A stretch of 64,000 bases of DNA from Octopus vulgaris (lineage: Eukaryota), in the NCBI GenBank assembly GCA_951406725.2, contig OX597821.1, forward strand, positions 1,798,001 through 1,862,000. The letters are read 5' to 3'. The translations under genes and the position numbers were made by a program. Under the pieces are notes generated by a model. It ran no database searches and was not told the DNA's origin. It saw only the letters and a list, made by a program, of their open reading frames with translations. How positions within the stretch are numbered: the first letter of the stretch is position 1; each line of letters begins with the position of its first letter. Below are positions 56,716 through 64,000 of the stretch, piece by piece.

Positions 56716-57291
56716 CTTACCTTTTAGAAATAATGAAAGGAAAGAGACAAAGGCGGGAGTGAATCTGTGAGGCATGGAGCTTGCTTTCAGACCACGTGAT
56801 CCTGAGTTTAGCCTTTTTCCTTGTCACTTTGGGTGAAATCCTTGTGAGAAGGTGCTGTGGAGAGAAACTGAAAGCCCATCGTGTATATATATATAGTGGG
56901 AGAGAGACAGAGACCAAAGTTTACGTACGCCGCTATATATATATATATACAAAATGGGACAAGAACGCAAAACATCTGGTGATACAAAGAGGGACAACAA
57001 AACATCCAGATAGACGATACAAAAAAAACAAGGACGGGTCATTTGAAAACTTTTCTATCCTCAGTCAATCACCAGATTATCCTCGCAATTACGGCTGATT
57101 ATTTTTGAAGTTGGGGCTCCACATTGAAGAATTTTCGTCGAATGAACCGACCCAGTAATTTTTTATTATTATTTTAACCTTGTTACTTATTCTATCGATC
57201 ATTTTACCGAACTCCTAAGTAATCACACCAACACCAAATGTTAAGCGGTGATGGGGGAACAAACACATACGCACACACACATACACAGATC

Positions 57292-57449
<158 letters not shown>

Positions 57450-57522
57450 ATAGATCGATAGATAGATAGATAGATAGAAAGAATAGATCGATAGATAGAT
57501 AGATAGATAGATAGAATAGATC

Positions 57523-57559
<37 letters not shown>

Positions 57560-57577
57560 ATAGATAGGTAGATAGAT

Positions 57578-58144
57578 ATGTTTCTGTATTAGCCACACAG
57601 GGCTGCACACAGATAGAACAAATTACAAGGTAGAGCTTTTCTTTTGAAGGTTTAAAAAAAAAAAAAAAAGGAAGGGGGAGTTTCGATCAAAAGGGATCGT
57701 AAAAGGAGAGAAAGAGGACAAAAAAAAGAGGGGTTAAAAAAAAGGGGGAGAGGAAAAAAAATTGATCAATAGGGATCGTTATCACAGAAAATTCAATATG
57801 AAGTGTAAAGGGGAGGACAGGTGAGGTTTACCCGTGGAAAGAAAAGCCTACGGAAAAGACCACGGTAACCTCGGTCAATGAAGTCACATTTTATATTTCT
57901 TCCTCGGCCTCCTTTTGATCCACGACTGCAGTTCGGTCATGGAGACGAGCTGCGGGAAAGCGTGCCTCACAAACGGCGACCACACCTGTTCACCGTCGTC
58001 TACATAGAGCCAGAGATGTCGCAGTCTCAACGCGTGTCTGCGCATCATCAACCACGGCATGCCCAGCCTTCCTTTTAACGGGTGTTGACAGCAAATGGAT
58101 CGCCTGACCATCGGGACGCATCCTTTCCACAAGAAGCGAAAGAG

Positions 58145-58145
<1 letters not shown>
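57578..58145 (-). mobile_element. Tx1/L1-clade LINE copy A (5'-truncated, internally deleted)
   Basis: LFRFLWKG...WIKRRPRK fused directly to the 3' UTR; (GATA)n on both sides. Confidence 0.9.
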
Positions 58146-58218
<73 letters not shown>

Positions 58219-58244
58219 CAGACATAGATAGATAGATAGATAGG

Positions 58245-58315
58245 TATGTTTCTTTATTAATCACACAGAGCTGCACACAGAAGGGACAGATTAGAAAGTA
58301 GAGCTTTTTCTTTTT
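58245..58315 (-). mobile_element. Tx1/L1-clade LINE copy B (about 70-bp 3' terminus)
   Basis: Matches the terminal tgtgtgcagc.ctgtgtg..taataaagaaaca. Confidence 0.8.
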
Positions 58316-58362
58316 CTATCCATCCAGCTATCGATCTATCCATCCATCCATCCATCCACCCT

Positions 58363-58450
<88 letters not shown>

Positions 58451-58538
58451 CCTATGTATGTATGTAAGTATGTATGTATCGATCTATCTATCTATCTATC
58501 CATCCATCTATCGATCTATCCATCCATCCACCCATCCT

Positions 58539-58619
<81 letters not shown>

Positions 58620-58680
58620 GTATGTATGTATGTATGTATGTATCTATCTATCTATCTATCTAGCTATCTATTTATCTATC

Positions 58681-60315
58681 TTTTCGGCGAGACACTGAAA
58701 AACTACGAAGCGGTGACAGGAGCGAAAATCAACCGGGAAAAGTCAGTGGGCTTGCGACTAGGCACCTGGAGAAGCAAGCCCATCCCGTCCACCAGCGCCT
58801 CCGTCGTGGGACGCTGGACCGACGGCCCGGTTGAGTTGCTCGGAGTCTGGTTTGGTCCGGACCTCCAAGTGGAGAAGAACTGGAACGAGATAACGAGTAG
58901 GGTTGTCACTCTCGCCCGGCAATGGGCCGAGAGGAAACTGTCCCTAAAAGGTCGGGCGGAGGTGGCGAACACGTACATCGCGTCCGTCATCTACTACCGC
59001 CTGACCGTCGTACCTTGTCCCGACCCTACCATCACCAAACTACAACGCATTCTCTTCCGCTTCTTGTGGAAAGGATGCGTCCCGATTGTCAGGCGATCCA
59101 TTTGCTGTCAACACCCGTTAAAAAGAGGGATGGGCATGTCGCGTTGCTCTCAAGCAACTCTTCCGTCCCGGGTCGACCTTGAGTGACTTCAACACAACCA
59201 AAGCATTCTATAGGGGATTAGTGGAGGGGAGGTACGACGACGAGCTCGGGGCAAACCTGGACGTCGACGAGGAGTACTTGACCCGCCTGTTCAGGACGAC
59301 TTTCGGGCCAGGGCCCATGGACAACTTCCAGAGATCCCTGACCTGGCAGTGTTACCGAGAAGCGCTACCCGTTCGGGATAAGCTCTACAGACACGGCTCG
59401 AGAAACACGGGGCCGACCTGCCCGAGATGCGGTCAGAGCGACGAAACCGTTCTGCACTCACTCGTGCAGTGTCCAACAATTTCCGACCTGTGGGCTTGTG
59501 TCGAACAACTGCTGTCACGTGTGGGACGAGTCGGTTTATCAGCTGAGTCTATCGTCAATATCATCACGCCTCCTTGCTTCAAACGGGAAGGAAGAGCTAT
59601 TTTCATCATACTTGTGGCTATGGCAAAAGAATGTATCTGGTGGACGCGTCTGAAAGGATTGGAGATAAACACTTTCCTCTCTGGTCAATCTCTCATCAAC
59701 TTCTTCAAGTACCACTTGAAAAGGAAAGTGAGAGTAGAGAGGCAAGTTTTGTCTAGCGAATGTTTTAAAAAAAGATGGATGAATGTAGCAAGGATGGCAC
59801 GTATGAATGACGAAGCCACCTTCAGCATAATCCTATGAACCCAGAAATTGAAAACAGAGGGTTACCCACTTGCAAACCAATGTGGTAACATATAACAATA
59901 TTGACCAAGGTGACTGTGGTCTTTTTCGTAGGCTTTTTCTTCCCACGGATAAACCTTACTTGCTTTCCCCTTTACACCATATATCATAACACTGTGATAC
60001 ACGATCCCTATTGATCGTTCTTTTTTTTTCCTCTTCCCCTTTTTTCCCCTTTTTTCTTCTTTTTTCATTTCTCTTTTCTTTTGTACATTTTCCTTTTCTT
60101 TTTTTTTCTTTTTATTCTTTTTATTTTTTATTTTATTTATTTGTTTTTTTTTGTTTTTTTTGTTCTTTTCTTCCCTTTTACGATCCCTCTTGATCGAAAA
60201 CCTACGCCACCCCTTTTTTTCTATTGTTTTTTGTTTTTTTCATCCCCCAAAAGAAAAGCTCTACCTTGTAACTTGTCCCATCTGTGTGCAGCCCTGTGTG
60301 GCCAATAAAGAAACT
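58681..60315 (+). mobile_element. Tx1/L1-clade LINE copy C (ORF2 pseudogene and 3' UTR)
   Basis: YEAVTGAKINREKS...LLGVWFG...WAERKLSLKGRAEVAN, CCHC knuckle CPRCGQSDETVLHSLVQC, stop at 59838, pyrimidine-rich 3' UTR, AATAAA, (TATC)n. Confidence 0.93.
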
Positions 60316-60427
60316 TATCTATCTATCTATATATTTATCTATCTATCTATCTGTCTGTCTATCAATCGATCGATCCATATATCCATCTATCCATCCATTT
60401 ATCTATCTAACTATCTATCTATCTATC

Positions 60428-60510
<83 letters not shown>

Positions 60511-60519
60511 ATATATATA

Positions 60520-61975
60520 AGGGCTTTAACGGGAGCCATTGTCAACAGCAGTAAAAGCGTAAGCATCTACTACCGCCTGACCGTCGTACCTTGTCCCGAC
60601 CCTACAATCACCAAACTACAACGCATTCTCTTCCGCTTCTTGTGGAAAGGATGCGCCCCGATGATCAGGCGATCCATTTGCTGTCAACACCCGTTAAAAA
60701 GGAGGGATGGGCATGCCGTGGTTGATGATGCGCAGACACGCGTTGAGACTGCGACATCTCCGGCTCTATGTAGACGACGGTGAACAGGTGTGGTCGCCGT
60801 TTGTGAGGCACGCTTTCCCGCAGCTCGTCTCCATGACCGAACTGCAGTCGTGGATCAAAAAGAGGCCGAGGAAGGGCGAATGGCACCGCGAGTGTCGCGT
60901 TGCTCTCAAGCAACTCTGCCATCCCGGGTCGACCTTGAGTGACTTCAACACAACCAAAGCATTCTATAGGGGATTAGTGGAGGGGAGGTACGACGACGAG
61001 CTTGCGGCAAACCTTGGCGTCGACGAGGAATACCTGACCCGCCTGTTTGAAACGACTTTCGGGCCAGGGACCTATGGACAACTTCCAGAGAACCCTGGCC
61101 TGGCGGTGCTACCGAGAAGTGCTACCCGTTCGGGATAAGCTCTACAGACACGGCTCGAGAAACACGGGGCCGACCTGCCCGAGATGCGGTCAGAGCGACG
61201 AAACCGCTCTGCACGCACTCGTGCAGTGTCCAGCAATTTCCGACCTGTGGGCTTATGTCGAACGACTGCTGTCACGTGTGGAACGAGTCGGTTTATCAGC
61301 TGAGTCTATCGTCAATATCATCACGCCTCCTTCCTTCAAACGGGAAGGAAGAGCTATTTTTATCATCCTTGTGGCTACGGTGAAAGAATGTATCTGGTGG
61401 ACGCGTCTGAAAGGATTGGAGACAAACACTTTCCTCTCTGGTCAATCTCTCATCAACTTCTTCAAGTATCACTTGAAGAGGAAAGTGAGAGTAGAGAGGC
61501 ATGTTTTGTCTAGTGTATGTTTTAAAAAAAGATGGGTGAATGTAGCAAGGATGGCACGTATGAATGACGAAGCCACCTTGACTATGATTCTATGAACCGT
61601 AAAAATTAATACAGAGAGTTGCTTATTTGCAAAAAAAAAGAAATATAACATGTGTCTTCATTCACCGAGGTTACCGTGGTCTTTTCCGTAGGCTTTTCTT
61701 TTCACGGGTAAACCTCACCTGTCCTCCCCTTTACACTTCATATTGACATTTCTGTGATAATGATCCCTATTGATCAATTTTTTTTCCTTCCCCTTTTTTG
61801 TCCTCTCTCCCACCTTTTTTAAAATTTCATTCCCCCCTTTTTTGTCCTCTTTACGATCCCTTTACGATCCCTTTTGATCGAAAACCAAACCCCTTTTTTT
61901 TTACCCGCAAAATAATAGCTGTACCTTGTAATTTGTCCTGTCTGTGTGCAGCCCTGTGTGGCTAATAAAGAAACA
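60520..61975 (+). mobile_element. Tx1/L1-clade LINE copy D (ORF2 pseudogene and 3' UTR)
   Basis: Highly similar to copy C; frameshifts near 60700 and 61070; CCHC knuckle; stop at 61595; AATAAA then (TATC)n. Confidence 0.93.
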
Positions 61976-62016
<41 letters not shown>

Positions 62017-62023
62017 CTCTATA

Positions 62024-62077
<54 letters not shown>

Positions 62078-62381
62078 CTGTCTGTCTCTGTCGACCTACC
62101 TATCTATTTTACTCTCTCTCTCTCGGTCTATTGTATATTTCTACATATCTCTTTTTCCACCCGACTTCTTAATCGGGTCTCTACCCATTTATTCCCTTCT
62201 TCCTATCCATCATAAAAAAGAACATCCATAAATATTTACATCATCACGTGTTGAATGGAATTCAAGGACATACATTACACACATTCCTTCCGTGACCTTT
62301 GTATGTGTTAATATAAGATACACTCAAATAGTGTTGTATCTTTGATTATTCATTACTTTTACGGACCACTTTTTATTTGTG

Positions 62382-62482
<101 letters not shown>

Positions 62483-62662
62483 GTATATATATATATCAGA
62501 AGGTATGACTTAAGCAACTCTTGTGTATCTGCATCTATTGATCTATTTATTTCTCTGTCAATTAATGTATGCAAGCACTATGAAACTATCTATCTCTCTC
62601 TCCCTGTGCCCGTCTTTCAATCAAGATTTCTATCTGTCTAACTCTTTACAAACATTTATGGG

Positions 62663-62788
<126 letters not shown>

Positions 62789-62819
62789 CTGTGTGTGTGT
62801 GTATGTATATGTATTTATA

Positions 62820-62851
<32 letters not shown>

Positions 62852-62884
62852 GTGTAATAAATAAAATATATGCATGCATATATA

Positions 62885-63450
62885 CATATATGTACGTACC
62901 TACATCTACATGTATATATACATGCATATATAAATATATATACGTGAGTACAGGACACCACAAATAGATGCAAAACTCAACGAGAACGAAAACGTAAAAA
63001 CAAGCATGGAACGAACTTTTTTTTACAAAGAAAAAACAGAGTACTAGACAAACTACACAAGGAAAAATCCACTTCATCAGCGGTCCCTAGTTCAACTCCA
63101 GCGTGTTTCGAAGGTGAGGACAGAACACGACTCGTCGAACTAGCCCTTCCTGCGAAGAAATTAAAGGAAATTACTTCGCAGAGGGGAAAAACAAGGAAAG
63201 AACGAATAGTGACACAAACAGGACGTAAAAACGATACAAATAAAATTACAAAATAAAATACAAAATAAAAATACAATTACAAAAAATCCAATAAAAGAAA
63301 TAAAAACACACAAGAAAACAACCAAAGAGGGCCTTTTTTGCCTAGACGAGGAGAGATTGAAGGAGCGCAAGAAAACCGTGTGTTTACAGTTAGAAGGCCG
63401 CATGCAAAAGGAAGTATTCGGCCGGCTGTGAGAGAGATGAGGAGGAGTGA
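62885..63450 (-). mobile_element. Unclassified interspersed repeat (family of 30065-30730)
   Basis: Shared blocks with 30065-30300. Confidence 0.6.
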
Positions 63451-63773
63451 GAGAGAGAGAGAGAGAGAGATAGAGGATTTATTACACTATTGTATGACTG
63501 AGCGCCTTCGCGTCGATTCGCTTTGATTCGTTCCGTTTCGTTTCGTTTCTTCTTCTTCTCCCAGTACAGTATATATATATATATATATATAAACAAACGA
63601 AAATGCATGCTTGATGACTTATTATCATGTTCTATTGACACTTGGACAAGTCATGTATAAAACTATATTAAAGCATTTTATAGTTATACAAAGAAAGATA
63701 TAGATATACAGGAAAGTCGAAAAGAAAAGAAAGAAGGAGGAAAAAGTCGCCAACATCTACTACGTCTGGTAAC

Positions 63774-63862
<89 letters not shown>

Positions 63863-64000
63863 GACAATGACGTAGGGGGGTCGACAATTTCTTACTGAAC
63901 AATCACACAGATGATTTGTTTATAGTGATCAAATGTCTGTGTAGACAGAAGCTCACTCCCTCTATCAGATCGACATTGCTTGTACAGGTGCAATGGGTGC

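Noticed and set aside
59179-61595. 219-aa and 182-aa ORFs as functional genes
   Set aside because: Fragments of truncated, frameshifted LINE ORF2 copies

Overview
AT-rich, repeat-saturated animal genomic DNA with no recognisable host gene. The mix of (TA)n/(CA)n/(TATC)n/(AAT)n microsatellites and tRNA-derived SINE families resembles octopus-type cephalopod genomes (inference). Nearly all ORF-track entries are microsatellite artefacts. The real content is transposon debris: mariner, Tc1 and maT DNA transposons, non-autonomous Helitrons, CR1, RTE, R4/Dong and Penelope fragments, and possibly a very decayed Polinton. Three things stand out. (1) About a dozen minimal type-I hammerhead ribozyme motifs with palindromic helix III lie in short Penelope-like inserts, several arranged as fold-back palindromes. 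(2) A tRNA-headed SINE carries an intact hammerhead in its 3' part. (3) A cluster of young Tx1/L1-clade LINE copies at 57.6-62.0 kb sits in (TATC)n arrays, and one copy has a chimeric 5' junction. All folds and family assignments were made by eye; boundaries of degraded elements are approximate.
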